Assembly: GCA_016219285.1 (NCBI GenBank)
Contig: JACRNJ010000060.1
Location: forward strand, 1-62,652
Origin: Deltaproteobacteria bacterium
GTDB lineage: Bacteria > Desulfobacterota > GWC2-55-46 > UBA9637
Reading direction: 5' to 3'
Length of the DNA: 62,652 nucleotides
Shown here: piece after piece, positions 1-9,959 of the stretch
How the letters are laid out: every line of letters begins with the position of its first letter
How positions within the stretch are numbered: position 1 is the stretch's first letter
Program-made: the position numbers and the translations under genes
The notes under the pieces: model-generated
What the model saw: the letters and a program-made list of their open reading frames with translations, nothing else
Databases searched by the model: none
What the model was told of the DNA's origin: nothing

Positions 1-204
1 CGGACGAACTGGCTTGGGCGCACGTTAAGGCGAAAATAGCAAAGGCGACTACACAGACTAAGGCTGAACTCAAAAATACGGTTAAACGCGTAATGAGGAG
101 ATTGCAGAAAATGCCGCATATTGTTAAAAGTTTCTTTCATGCCCCTTCCTGTGCATATGCAATTTTATGAGGCTTTGTCATGTTAGTTCTTAGTAAGCTG
201 AGTA
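1..204 (+). mobile_element. IS630-family element, right end (transposase C-terminus 3..170 plus putative terminal IR ending in TA)
   Basis: Frame 3 reads DELAWAHVKAKIAK...MRRLQKMPHIVKSFFHAPSCAYAIL*, matching the IS630 C-terminal (NP)DExxWxxxK...LQxxPxxVxSFFxxPxxxYA pattern. Truncated by the window edge; right boundary approximate. Confidence 0.75.
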
Positions 205-425
205 GGTTATTCATAGGGGCTCACTCATTTGAATCTATAATTTTGCACAATGGTCAAGCACAAACGAAGTGTTTTAGCATTTACTCAAAAAAAGGAAGAC
301 CTGAAAAATCTTCAAAAAAATCAAAAATCTAAATTGAATAGTAACACTATTTGTCATATAATACAAAACTATAAATGGCTTTAACCCAAAAAAACGCAGC
401 TGCATTTTTTGACAAACTCTCAAAT

Positions 426-1619
426 ATGCCAAAAACTATAAGTTCTTACATATTCAAAGAAACAGCCGTTACTTTTGCATTAACTGTTGCCATTTTCGCC
501 GCCACATCTCTCCTGAGCAAGGTCCTAAAACTTGTAGATCTGATGGTCAGTTATGGAGTGGGGCCGTTCATCATCCTGAAGTTCATTTTATTCATCATGC
601 CATCCTTCCTGATATATATTATCCCAATGTCATTTCTCATATCCGTGCTTATCGTATACAACAGGCTTTCGAGCGACAATGAAATAACAGCAATGAAGGC
701 ATCCGGATTAAGCATAGTAAGAATAAGCATGCCTGTCGCATTTATAGCATGCCTTGCATATATCATATCAAGTTTTTTTACCCTCTATGCCTTTCCATTA
801 GGGAATCTATCATCTAAAAAGCTGCTTTATGATGTGGCAAAAACAAAGGCCTCTATAGGTTTGAAGGAAATGGCATTCAACGACCTGTTTGACGGGCTGA
901 TATTGTATGCAAATCGTATCAAAGCGGAAACAGGAAAAATGCATGGGGTTTTTATTTCTGACCGCAGGGATGAAAAAAGCAGCTACATTATAGCGGCAAA
1001 TACCGGCCTTCTTTCATCTGACCCTCAAGGCATGAAGTTAATTTTAAATCTTTCTAACGGCACAATCCACAGGGCAGAGGAAAACGGGCTTTATAAGGTA
1101 ATTACATTCAATACATACAGTTTAAACCTGAGCTCAAAAGAAAATAAAACAGAAGATACAGCCGCCTCAAAAACCAACTATGAGCTGACCGTAGGGCAAC
1201 TTCAAAACAGGATAACCGACATAAAAAAAGCCGGTCATAACCCTGCGCAATACATAGTAGATCTTCATACAAGATTTGCGCTGCCTGCCTCCATATTTGT
1301 TTTCGGCCTTTTCGGCATTCCATTAGGCATCCAAGGTGTTAGAACCACAAGGTTTACCAGTTTCACTGTCGGCATGGTGATTGCTCTTTTTTATTACATG
1401 TTGTCAACTGTCATGGAGTCACTTGGAAAAAAAGATATAATAAATCCAATATTAGCAGTATGGGTAACAGATATATTATTTGGCATAGTGGGCGCTGTTA
1501 TATTTTATAAGGCAAGCAAAGATTCTCCTGTGCAGTTACTGTCATGGCTGCAAGAAAAAAAAGATGCCGCAGCTTTTCATGTTAAAGGCATGTTGATGAG
1601 GCCCAAAAATAGACATTGA
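426..1619 (+). CDS. lptF: LPS export ABC transporter permease LptF
   Basis: YjgP/YjgQ features: N-terminal TMs, RLSSDNEITAMKASG motif, periplasmic beta region, C-terminal TMs with P-LAVW. Start taken at ATG 426 (ORF open from 375). Confidence 0.9.
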   Translation: MPKTISSYIFKETAVTFALTVAIFAATSLLSKVLKLVDLMVSYGVGPFIILKFILFIMPSFLIYIIPMSFLISVLIVYNRLSSDNEITAMKASGLSIVRISMPVAFIACLAYIISSFFTLYAFPLGNLSSKKLLYDVAKTKASIGLKEMAFNDLFDGLILYANRIKAETGKMHGVFISDRRDEKSSYIIAANTGLLSSDPQGMKLILNLSNGTIHRAEENGLYKVITFNTYSLNLSSKENKTEDTAASKTNYELTVGQLQNRITDIKKAGHNPAQYIVDLHTRFALPASIFVFGLFGIPLGIQGVRTTRFTSFTVGMVIALFYYMLSTVMESLGKKDIINPILAVWVTDILFGIVGAVIFYKASKDSPVQLLSWLQEKKDAAAFHVKGMLMRPKNRH

Positions 1620-1817
1620 TTTTTGGGTAAACTGGCAAGTCCTTGACAGACGTTTCACCTGTCAAGGGCAAGTTGGCTGCCAGACAAGGCAGAGGCCATT
1701 TTTACGACGAGCCGTATGTCATCAATACGGTGAGGAGAAAAAATGCGCCGATAACAAAGTATGGCAGCCAAATCGCCAGTTTGTAAAATAGCGAAGTCTT
1801 CAATCGCTATTTTACGG
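1602..1817 (+). repeat. MITE-like structured element, family A copy 1
   Basis: Begins with hairpin CCCAAAAATAGACATTGATTTTTGGG, contains CCTTGACAG..CTGTCAAGG, ends GTAAAATAGCGA..TCGCTATTTTACGG. Closely similar to 20997-21248 and (reversed) 47087-47305. Confidence 0.85.
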
Positions 1818-1831
1818 ATGAGGAGGAAATA

Positions 1832-2470
1832 TTGACAACAACTGCTCCAGTAAAGAAATCAAATTTTTTCAAGCTGCTTTATTACATTATCAGAAGCAGA
1901 ACAGCCCCGTTTGAAAAGGTCTTAAAATACATTCCAGATAACGCAAATATCCTTGATATTGGATGCGGCTATGGAATCTTAATAGACTTAATTAATGCAA
2001 AAAAGGATAATTGCAAAATCATTGGGATTGACATAGACCATAAGAGAATAAAGGAATTGCAAAAGGCATATCCTCATAATAACTTTATTGCAGGAGATGC
2101 CCTTGCAGAGGCAAAGAAACTGCTGGTTGGGAAACGTACGTTTGACTGCATCATTATATTTGATGTCATATATCTCTTTAAACACGAAAAACAGAAAGAA
2201 CTTATACGGATTGCCTCAGAATTATTGAAGCCATCGGGCATCTTCTTAATAAAGGAGATAGACACTGAGGCAGGATTAAGGTTTTTATTTTCTTATTTAC
2301 AGGAGCTTTTTTCCGTTAAGATTGTCAAAATGACAAAGGGGGACGGCCTGCACTTTATGAGCAAAGAGGCTATATCAAAAGAACTTTACAAAAACAACTT
2401 GAATACTGAAATTATCAGGATGGGGAGTATATTGCACCCCCACACATTGATTATCGGCAAAAAATATTAG
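1832..2470 (+). CDS. class I SAM-dependent methyltransferase
   Basis: ILDIGCGYG motif I, GIDID, FDCIIIFDVIY, LKPSG. Strong RBS GAGGAGG before a TTG start. Confidence 0.85.
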   Translation: MTTTAPVKKSNFFKLLYYIIRSRTAPFEKVLKYIPDNANILDIGCGYGILIDLINAKKDNCKIIGIDIDHKRIKELQKAYPHNNFIAGDALAEAKKLLVGKRTFDCIIIFDVIYLFKHEKQKELIRIASELLKPSGIFLIKEIDTEAGLRFLFSYLQELFSVKIVKMTKGDGLHFMSKEAISKELYKNNLNTEIIRMGSILHPHTLIIGKKY

Positions 2471-2481
2471 GAGGCTGTTAA

Positions 2482-3228
2482 ATGGAGAATATTACAATTT
2501 TTTACCCTATGTATAATGAAGAACTATATATAAAAAGGGCGGTTGAGGCGGCAAAAGAAGCAGGCGACCGGATGCTAAAAGACAACGAGATAGGAGATTA
2601 TGAGGTTTTACTCGTGAATGATGCCTCAACAGATGCTACAGCCATGATTGCAAACGAGCTTGCGGCAAAAGACCGCCGCATACGGGTAATCCATCACGAT
2701 GTAAACAGGGGACTTGGAGGTTCTTTAAAAACAGGCTTTTATAATGCAAAAGCGGATGTAATACTTTATTCCGACGCCGACTTGCCTTTTGACATGATGG
2801 AGCTTAAAAAGGCCTATAGGTTTATGAGATATTATGAGGCTGATATTGTATCTGCCTTCAGGTTTGACAGGACAGGTGAAGGAACCCGCAGGCTTATCTA
2901 CTCATATATTTACAACACGTTAATAGCCATCCTCTTTGGCCTGAGGGTGAAGGATGTCAATTTTGCCTTTAAGCTTGTCAGAAGAGAGGTATTGAAGCAT
3001 GTGTCGCTGAGGTCAGAAGGAAGTTTCATAGATGCCGAACTGCTTATTAAGGCTAATAAATACGGCTTCAAGATTATCCAGTTTGGAACAAATTATTTTC
3101 CCCGCACCCGGGGTGTTTCAACCCTGTCCAGCCCATCCGTCATCGTAAAGATTTCTAAGGAGCTTTTTTCTCTGCGCAAAGAAATAAATTCCATCCAGCC
3201 TGTGGTAAAAGAGGATGAACACCGTTAA
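2482..3228 (+). CDS. GT2 polyprenyl-phosphate glycosyltransferase (DPM1/ArnC-like)
   Basis: PMYNEE, VNDASTD, NRGLG, DADL (DXD), AFKL, DAELL, R-G-S motifs. Confidence 0.9.
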   Translation: MENITIFYPMYNEELYIKRAVEAAKEAGDRMLKDNEIGDYEVLLVNDASTDATAMIANELAAKDRRIRVIHHDVNRGLGGSLKTGFYNAKADVILYSDADLPFDMMELKKAYRFMRYYEADIVSAFRFDRTGEGTRRLIYSYIYNTLIAILFGLRVKDVNFAFKLVRREVLKHVSLRSEGSFIDAELLIKANKYGFKIIQFGTNYFPRTRGVSTLSSPSVIVKISKELFSLRKEINSIQPVVKEDEHR

Positions 3229-3246
3229 CCCCCAAAAAGCGCAGTT

Positions 3247-3432
3247 GCATTACGGCATACAGCAGGCCTGAAAACAAAGTATCGTTGGGATTTGTAGATG
3301 GGTTAAATAACAAAATCAGGATTATTCAGAGAAGGGCTTACGGTCTTCGTGATGAGGAATATCTGAGGCTCAAAATCTTTACCTGCATGCTCAAGGAGAT
3401 ATAAAATGACCAACACGATTACGCGAAGAGCC
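3247..3432 (+). pseudogene. ISL3-family transposase C-terminal remnant with right terminal IR
   Basis: Reads ITAYSRPENKVSLGFVDGLNNKIRIIQRRAYGLRDEEYLRLKIFTCMLKEI* (stop 3402-3404), then ...CACGATTACGCGAAGAGCC, the typical ISL3 end (GGCTCTTCG on the other strand). Confidence 0.85.
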
Positions 3433-3441
3433 AACAAAAAT

Positions 3442-4407
3442 ATGGCACACAAAATTAATCTATTTAAGCATCATCATTCTTTAACTGATTTTTATCTCTC
3501 TTACATTGATAATTTATATCAAAATCCCATTATACAAAAGCAAATATTAGATTATTCATCATTCTTAAAATATAGTAGTATGCTAAGCGAAAGAGAGCTA
3601 TTTAAAAAGATACTCATACATTATCTTGAAGAAGCAGAATTGACTTTATCTCTGATAAAATATCTTAATTTTAAAAAAAATGATTTGTTATTAGAAATTG
3701 GAGGAGGACTTGGTTTTGTTTATGGTTTTCTTAAAAAACAGGGTTTTAATGTATATGGAATAGAACCTTCAGATTTAGGTTTTGATGGATATTTTAATGC
3801 TGCTATTCAGATATTTAAAATAATAGACGTTGATAAATCTAATTTTTATCCTTTTCCAGCAAAAGAATGTGTAAAAATAAATAAACAATTTGATATAATA
3901 TTTTCAAATAATGTTTTGGAACACATACCTGAATTGGAAAAATCATTTTTTGCTATGAAGCATATTTTAAAATCTAATGGTGTAATGGTTCACAATACTG
4001 TTAACTACTTTGTTCCTTATGAAGCACATTTGAAAATATTATTAGTTCCTTTTTTCCCAAAACTTACTGAATTTTTTAAACCAAGTCTAAAAAAATCCTC
4101 TCTGTGGAATGGTTTGAGATTTATTACATCTAATCAATTGAAGAATATATGCAAATCTGAAAATCTACATATAACATTCAGAAAAGATACACTACAAAAA
4201 ACATTTCTTAGGTTGGACAGTGATCCAGAGTTTGCTACACGGCAAAAATATTTTATTTATATACATAGAATTCTGAAATTAACAAGATTAATTAGAATAC
4301 TTGACAAAATTCCGATTGCTCTTACAACTCCTATTGAATTCACTATTAGAAAAAATTCTTTGTGGTACGAGAAAAGGCCTGCTGGGGCCGGAGGTCTAAC
4401 GGGATGA
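3442..4407 (+). CDS. class I SAM-dependent methyltransferase, very AT-rich
   Basis: LLEIGGGLG, YGIEP, FDIIFSNNVLEHI, LKSNG motifs. ATG 3442 lies just past the ISL3 end. Confidence 0.8.
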   Translation: MAHKINLFKHHHSLTDFYLSYIDNLYQNPIIQKQILDYSSFLKYSSMLSERELFKKILIHYLEEAELTLSLIKYLNFKKNDLLLEIGGGLGFVYGFLKKQGFNVYGIEPSDLGFDGYFNAAIQIFKIIDVDKSNFYPFPAKECVKINKQFDIIFSNNVLEHIPELEKSFFAMKHILKSNGVMVHNTVNYFVPYEAHLKILLVPFFPKLTEFFKPSLKKSSLWNGLRFITSNQLKNICKSENLHITFRKDTLQKTFLRLDSDPEFATRQKYFIYIHRILKLTRLIRILDKIPIALTTPIEFTIRKNSLWYEKRPAGAGGLTG

Positions 4408-5207
4408 AGCATTTTCTCATTGTTAATGCTGATGATTTTGGTCTATGCGAGGAAATAACCAAGGGCATCATAAAGGCATATCAAGAAGGCATTGTCACAT
4501 CTACCACGGTCGTAGTTAATGGCGCTTATTTTGATAAAAGCGTATACCTATTAAAAGATTCAGGCATTGATGCCGGCATACACCTTACCCTTGTTGGAGG
4601 TGAAAAACCTGTTTCAGGATATATTGACGGCCTTGTGGATGAAAGGGGTTTCTTTTTAAAGAGTTATGGAGAGGTCATAAGGAGAATTGTATCAGGCAGA
4701 TTTGATAAAAAGGCGCTTAAAAGGGAATTGTATGGGCAGATAAACATTCTCATGGATACAAAGGTAAAAATAACTCATATAGACAGCCACCAACATTTGC
4801 ACCTCTTGCCGCCTGTAAGAAACATAATCATAGATGCGGCGAAGGAATTTAAAATAAAGTGGATACGAGCGCCCCGCTCAGGTTTTTCTGATATAAATTG
4901 CATCGGCATAAATATATTAGCCTCCCTATTAAAAAGAAAACTTAAAAAAAATCAGCTTGGGTTTACTGATAATTTCATCGGCTTTGAAGAGAGGGGCCAC
5001 TTGAACCAAGAGAGATTACTTGCCCTGCTTAAAAATCTAAAAAGCGGCGTTACAGAGCTGATGGTTCATCCCGGGTATGACGCATCTCATAGATACGATT
5101 GGAAATACTCATGGGAAGAAGAGTTGAATGCCCTTACCTCAGATATTGCAAAATATAAACTTAAAGAGTCCGGTATAATATTAACAAATTTTAGCGAGAT
5201 AAAATGA
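4404..5207 (+). CDS. YdjC/ChbG/HpnK-family deacetylase (NaxD/LgmC-like)
   Basis: LIVNADDFG, GIHLTL, HIDSHQHLH, ELMVHPG. ATG overlaps the upstream stop (ATGA). Confidence 0.9.
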   Translation: MKHFLIVNADDFGLCEEITKGIIKAYQEGIVTSTTVVVNGAYFDKSVYLLKDSGIDAGIHLTLVGGEKPVSGYIDGLVDERGFFLKSYGEVIRRIVSGRFDKKALKRELYGQINILMDTKVKITHIDSHQHLHLLPPVRNIIIDAAKEFKIKWIRAPRSGFSDINCIGINILASLLKRKLKKNQLGFTDNFIGFEERGHLNQERLLALLKNLKSGVTELMVHPGYDASHRYDWKYSWEEELNALTSDIAKYKLKESGIILTNFSEIK

Positions 5208-6706
5208 AAAAATATAGCTATTTAACCTATATAACTATAATAGCCTTTTTTATATTCAGAATTTTCTACATTGCCACAACAGAGTATAATCTTGTCGCGG
5301 ACGAGGCATATTTCTGGGATTGGTCAAGGCATCCTGCATTAAGTTATCATGATATGGGTCCCATGGTTGCATGGATAATTTGGTTTTTTACCCATATCTT
5401 TCCCGTGTCAGAATTTTCTGTAAGAATTGGGGCGGCTGTATTAGCCGCCATGACTGTGATTGTAATATACCGGCTTGCGGTTGAACTCACCGCATCATAC
5501 TTGTTGGGATTTATCGTAGTTCTTCTCTTTCATGTCACGCCCATCGGCACAGCAGGCGGCGTCATTATGACCTACTATTCTCCGCAGGTGTTTTTTATGT
5601 CCCTTACGGCCTTTTTCTTGTGGCGTCTCGTAAAGGAGAATAAGGCATGGTGGTTGTATCTTATTGGTTTGAGCCTTGGGTTGGGAATATTATCTCATCA
5701 CATGTTTATATTTTTTACCGGGGAGGTTGGCCTTTTTCTCCTTGTTTCTGCAACACAGAGAAAATGGTTTCAACGTAAAGAGCTTTATATTGCAATGGTT
5801 ATAGAGCTCCTGGCGGCAAGCCCGGTATTTGTATGGAATCTAACGCACGATATTGTCATGTTCAGACATGCCATCGGTTTAATGGGCAAGGTTCATACCT
5901 TTACAAGCACCTTATTGAAGTATATTGGCGGACAGGCAGGGGTGCATACGCCTTTGCTCTTTATTGCAGTTATTTACGGGATAACGGTCAGCGGTTATCG
6001 CGGTATAAGGTTTAAAGATGATAAACACCTTTTACTTTTTTCTCTTTCGGCTCCGCTCATTGTATTCATAGCCTTTTTGAGTATCGGAGGAAGGACAGAG
6101 GCAAATTGGCCCATTTCTGCCTATGTAACAGGCATCATCAGCGCAGTATATGTCGTATACGAAAAGTATAAAAAAGGCTCGCCTATTTTAAAATTTATTA
6201 TAAATGCCTCTCTTGTAGTAACAATATCAATAAGCCTGTTTGTATCTGCCATTGCATATTATCCGTCATTGATAGATAAACTCGGTTACAGGCTTCCCCC
6301 GCAACAAGAACCTGCTGGGAGGCTTTATGGATGGAAAGAGTTGGGTAACGAGGTGTCAGGGGTGTTGGCTGCATTACCCCCTGGCAGTTTTGTGGCGGCA
6401 AATGAATACGGTCTTGCTGCGCAGCTTGCATTTTATGTAGATGGCCATCCGGAGGTTTATATTCTCGCGCAAAGGCGTTATTATAGCCAGTATGATTTCT
6501 GGAATAATTTTAATGTTGTAAAGGGGAAAGATGCCGTATTTGTAAAAACCGGTACTATAGATAGGAATATTGAAGCCTTATTTGACAGGGTTGAATTATC
6601 AAGTCATTTGATAAACAAAACCAAATACGGCGATATCAGACGAGAGTTTTATCTCTATAAATGTTATGGCTATAAAGGCGCCAAAACAGAAATTGTAGCA
6701 TTCTGA
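5204..6706 (+). CDS. ArnT/PMT-2-like (GT83/GT39) membrane glycosyltransferase
   Basis: DEAYFWDWS..Y.D.GP.VAW motif, many TM helices, C-terminal periplasmic domain. Confidence 0.85.
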   Translation: MKKYSYLTYITIIAFFIFRIFYIATTEYNLVADEAYFWDWSRHPALSYHDMGPMVAWIIWFFTHIFPVSEFSVRIGAAVLAAMTVIVIYRLAVELTASYLLGFIVVLLFHVTPIGTAGGVIMTYYSPQVFFMSLTAFFLWRLVKENKAWWLYLIGLSLGLGILSHHMFIFFTGEVGLFLLVSATQRKWFQRKELYIAMVIELLAASPVFVWNLTHDIVMFRHAIGLMGKVHTFTSTLLKYIGGQAGVHTPLLFIAVIYGITVSGYRGIRFKDDKHLLLFSLSAPLIVFIAFLSIGGRTEANWPISAYVTGIISAVYVVYEKYKKGSPILKFIINASLVVTISISLFVSAIAYYPSLIDKLGYRLPPQQEPAGRLYGWKELGNEVSGVLAALPPGSFVAANEYGLAAQLAFYVDGHPEVYILAQRRYYSQYDFWNNFNVVKGKDAVFVKTGTIDRNIEALFDRVELSSHLINKTKYGDIRREFYLYKCYGYKGAKTEIVAF

Positions 6707-6832
6707 TATGGTTTTCCTTTCCGCAAAAAAATATCGGCAAAGTTTAAACTTATAAAAAAATCAATATGCCAAGCCCAGGGGGCAGGCTTATTGGACGGAG
6801 CAATTCTGTCCCCGGCAACACAAAAGGCAAAG

Positions 6833-7915
6833 ATGCTAATGAGAATACTGACCCGCTATATCCTTGTAGAGTTTCTTAAAATATTTATGCTGGCGCTCAC
6901 TGCCTCTATCTCTCTATATATCATAATAGATATAGTTGAAAACATTGGAAATCTTATACATCATCGCATACAGTTTTGGGACGGCCTTATTTTTTTTCTA
7001 TGCAAAGCGCCGTTTATTTTCTATCAGATAAGTCCTGTTGCTGTTCTTATGGCTACACTTCTATCTGTCAGCATCTTTGCCAGATCCAATGAAATCATTG
7101 CGGCAATGGCAAACGGCATTAATATATTAAGATTATCCTTTCCATTCTTTGCAAGCGCCTTGGTTATTTGCGGGCTTAATTTTATACTGAGTGAATCAAT
7201 CATCCCTCTGGCCAACCAAAAGGTCTTGGCAATCAATCAAGTGATAGACGGCTCAATTAAAAAGACTCAATTTGCACAGAATAACATCTGGTTTAGAAAT
7301 AATATGAATATTTATAGCATCATATATATAGAACCGCAAAAGGGAGTTTTAAAAGGCCTGACCATTTATAATTTTGACAGTGATTTTAATATTATTAAAA
7401 GGATTGATGCCAAAGAAGTAAACTGGATTGATGGAAGGTGGATTGCCGGAGAAAGCGAATTGTTTAACTTTCAAGAAGGCAAGCTGCTTGATAAATCAAA
7501 AACAGCAGGCAGCACAATACCGCTTGCAGAAAAACCTGAAGATCTTAAAAATATTGAGAGGCTTGCAGATGAAATGAGTTTTAGAGAGCTTATGAGATAT
7601 GTCAATAAGCTGAAGAGCGAGGGCTATGCTGCTACCAGATATATTGTGGATTTGCATTCAAAAATCTCGTTTCCGCTGGTAAGCATTATCATGGTAATGC
7701 TGGGAATTCCATTTGCATTGAAGAGCGGAAGGCACGGCGGCATAGCTGTTGGAATAGGCGCCAGTATTGTTATAGCTTTTAGCTACTGGGTTATCTTTGC
7801 AGTTAATACCTCTCTCGGATACAATGACATAATTCCGCCAATACTGGCTGCATGGCTTACGAATTTTATCTTTGCCGGATTGGGAGTTTTGATGCTTGCG
7901 TATGTAAGACAATAA
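6833..7915 (+). CDS. lptG: LPS export ABC transporter permease LptG
   Basis: MRILTRYI N-terminus, RSNEIIAAMANG, KISFP, PPILAAW motifs. Start 6833 or 6839. Confidence 0.9.
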   Translation: MLMRILTRYILVEFLKIFMLALTASISLYIIIDIVENIGNLIHHRIQFWDGLIFFLCKAPFIFYQISPVAVLMATLLSVSIFARSNEIIAAMANGINILRLSFPFFASALVICGLNFILSESIIPLANQKVLAINQVIDGSIKKTQFAQNNIWFRNNMNIYSIIYIEPQKGVLKGLTIYNFDSDFNIIKRIDAKEVNWIDGRWIAGESELFNFQEGKLLDKSKTAGSTIPLAEKPEDLKNIERLADEMSFRELMRYVNKLKSEGYAATRYIVDLHSKISFPLVSIIMVMLGIPFALKSGRHGGIAVGIGASIVIAFSYWVIFAVNTSLGYNDIIPPILAAWLTNFIFAGLGVLMLAYVRQ

Positions 7916-7943
7916 GAAGTGATAACGCATATCAATAGCTGTT

Positions 7944-8621
7944 TTACTCTTCTCCCCCTTCCTTTAAAATATATCCTATACCCCTTACTGTATGTATCAG
8001 CTTTTTAAATGTGTCTTTGTCTATTTTATTTCTCAGATGATTCACATACACATCAATAACATTGGTATCGCTGTCAAAGGTATAATCCCATACATGTTCT
8101 GCTATCATCGTTCTTGTAAGAACCTTATTGGGATTTCTCAAGAAATACTCCAGAAGCCCGTATTCCTTTACAGTTAAATCTATTACAGTATCGCCTCTTT
8201 TAGCCTTTCTCGTTGCCTGATCAAGAATAATGTCAGCAAACTTAAGCTCAGCAAGGCCATAATCCTTCCTTCGCATAAGCGCCCTTACCCTGGCCACAAG
8301 TTCTTCAAATGCAAATGGTTTACTCATATAATCGTCAGCCCCGCTATCAAGCCCTCTTACCTTATCGTCTACAGTATCCCTTGCTGTAAGAAGCAGTACC
8401 TGGGTTTTTATGCCCTTAACCCTTAAGTCCCTCACCACATCAATGCCGTTCTTTTTAGGAAGCATTATATCCAATATAATGACATCATAATCATTTGTTG
8501 ATGCCATATATTCGCCCTCAACACCGTCAAATACCACATCAACTGCATAGCTCTCCTCTTCAAGCCCTTTTTTAATAAAACCCGCAACTTTCTTTTCGTC
8601 TTCTACAACAAGTATACGCAT
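7944..8621 (-). CDS. OmpR-family response regulator (CusR/CzcR-like)
   Basis: MRILVVEDE, DIMLP, GADDY-KPF, winged helix NVIDVYVNHLRNKID..IHTVRGIGY. Confidence 0.92.
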   Translation of the reverse strand: MRILVVEDEKKVAGFIKKGLEEESYAVDVVFDGVEGEYMASTNDYDVIILDIMLPKKNGIDVVRDLRVKGIKTQVLLLTARDTVDDKVRGLDSGADDYMSKPFAFEELVARVRALMRRKDYGLAELKFADIILDQATRKAKRGDTVIDLTVKEYGLLEYFLRNPNKVLTRTMIAEHVWDYTFDSDTNVIDVYVNHLRNKIDKDTFKKLIHTVRGIGYILKEGGEE

Positions 8622-8638
8622 AGGAACCTCCCTTCTTA

Positions 8639-8697
8639 ATTTACGATTTACGATTTGAGATTTTAAATCGTAATTCGTAAATCTAAAATCGTAAATC
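8639..8697. repeat. inverted heptamer array (TTTACGA)n/(TCGTAAA)n
   Basis: tttacga tttacga tttgaga ttttaaa tcgtaat tcgtaaa tctaaaa tcgtaaa; overlaps the M16 peptidase stop codon. Confidence 0.9.
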
Positions 8698-9936
8698 TTT
8701 TTCCTTTACCTTGCCAATCGCAGCAATGGTTATCTTCTCCGGATTAAAAACTTCGTTAGCCAACTTCATAATATCTTTTGCAGTTACCTTATCTATGCCG
8801 TTTACTATTTCTTTCACAGTAACCGTCCTTTTAAAATATATTTCGTCTCTTGCAAGTTTTGTCATCCTGCTCTCGCTTGTCTCAAGACCAAGCAGCATAC
8901 CCCCTTTGAGCTGTTCTTTTGCAGATTGGAGTTCTGCCTTAGGAACTTCCTTTTTTATAAATACATTGAGTTCTTTTAGAATCAATTCCACTACTTTGCA
9001 GAATGTATCAGGGGCAGTTCCGGCATACACCACAAGCGAGCCCACATCACTGCAAAGGTTTAAATAAGAGTATACAGAATAGGCAAGACCCCTCTTCTCT
9101 CTTATCTCTTGAAATAATCTGGAGCTCATACCTCCGCCCAACAAGGTGTTAAGAAGGTAAACCTTGTATCGGTCAGAATGCGCCTGATTAGGCGAAGGGA
9201 CGCCTAAACAGAGATGCACCTGTTCTAAATTTCTTTGTTCAAGAGCAGTTCCGGAATGCGAGATTGGAGATTTGAGATATTTGATTGGAGGTTTAAGGTC
9301 ATAATCAAGCATTTTCTCAAAAGGCTTCAAAAGCTTTAACAGCCTTTTGTGCTCTATATTTCCTGCGGCAGTGATAATAACAGCATGGGGCAGATAAGAC
9401 TGCTTGAAATATGAAACAATATCATCTCTTTTAATTGAGTTTATAGTCTGAAGAGTGCCAAGCACAGGCATCCCAAGAGGATGTCCTTTCCACAAGGTCA
9501 TTGCAAATATATCGTGGATTAAATCATCAGGTGTATCTTCAACCATCTTTATTTCCTGTAAAACCACCAGCCTTTCTTTTTCAAGTTCTTTTTTGTCAAA
9601 CTTTGAGTTCATGAATATATCTGATAAAAGGTCAACTGCAAGAGGTATATCTTTGCTCAACACCTTTGCATAAAAACATGTATTTTCCCTCCCTGTAAAT
9701 GCATTAAGCATGCCGCCCACAGATTCTATTTCCCGCGCAATATCAAGCGCAGTCCTCTTCTCCGTGCCTTTAAATAAAAGGTGCTCAATGAAATGGGATA
9801 TGCCGTTTTTTACTGTGCTCTCATGCTTTGAGCCGATATTTACCCATATACCAATAGAAGCCGATTGAATATCTGGCATCTCCTCGGTAATAATCTTTAA
9901 ACCGTTTTTTAGTTGGGTTTTATAAATCTTGGACAT
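8683..9936 (-). CDS. M16 (pitrilysin-family) zinc peptidase
   Basis: HFIEH (HXXEH) motif, NAFT, LGGGMSSRLFQEIRE; usual position downstream of pnp. Confidence 0.95.
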   Translation of the reverse strand: MSKIYKTQLKNGLKIITEEMPDIQSASIGIWVNIGSKHESTVKNGISHFIEHLLFKGTEKRTALDIAREIESVGGMLNAFTGRENTCFYAKVLSKDIPLAVDLLSDIFMNSKFDKKELEKERLVVLQEIKMVEDTPDDLIHDIFAMTLWKGHPLGMPVLGTLQTINSIKRDDIVSYFKQSYLPHAVIITAAGNIEHKRLLKLLKPFEKMLDYDLKPPIKYLKSPISHSGTALEQRNLEQVHLCLGVPSPNQAHSDRYKVYLLNTLLGGGMSSRLFQEIREKRGLAYSVYSYLNLCSDVGSLVVYAGTAPDTFCKVVELILKELNVFIKKEVPKAELQSAKEQLKGGMLLGLETSESRMTKLARDEIYFKRTVTVKEIVNGIDKVTAKDIMKLANEVFNPEKITIAAIGKVKEKDLRF

Positions 9937-9959
9937 AATTGGTGGGAGGAAAGAAATAC

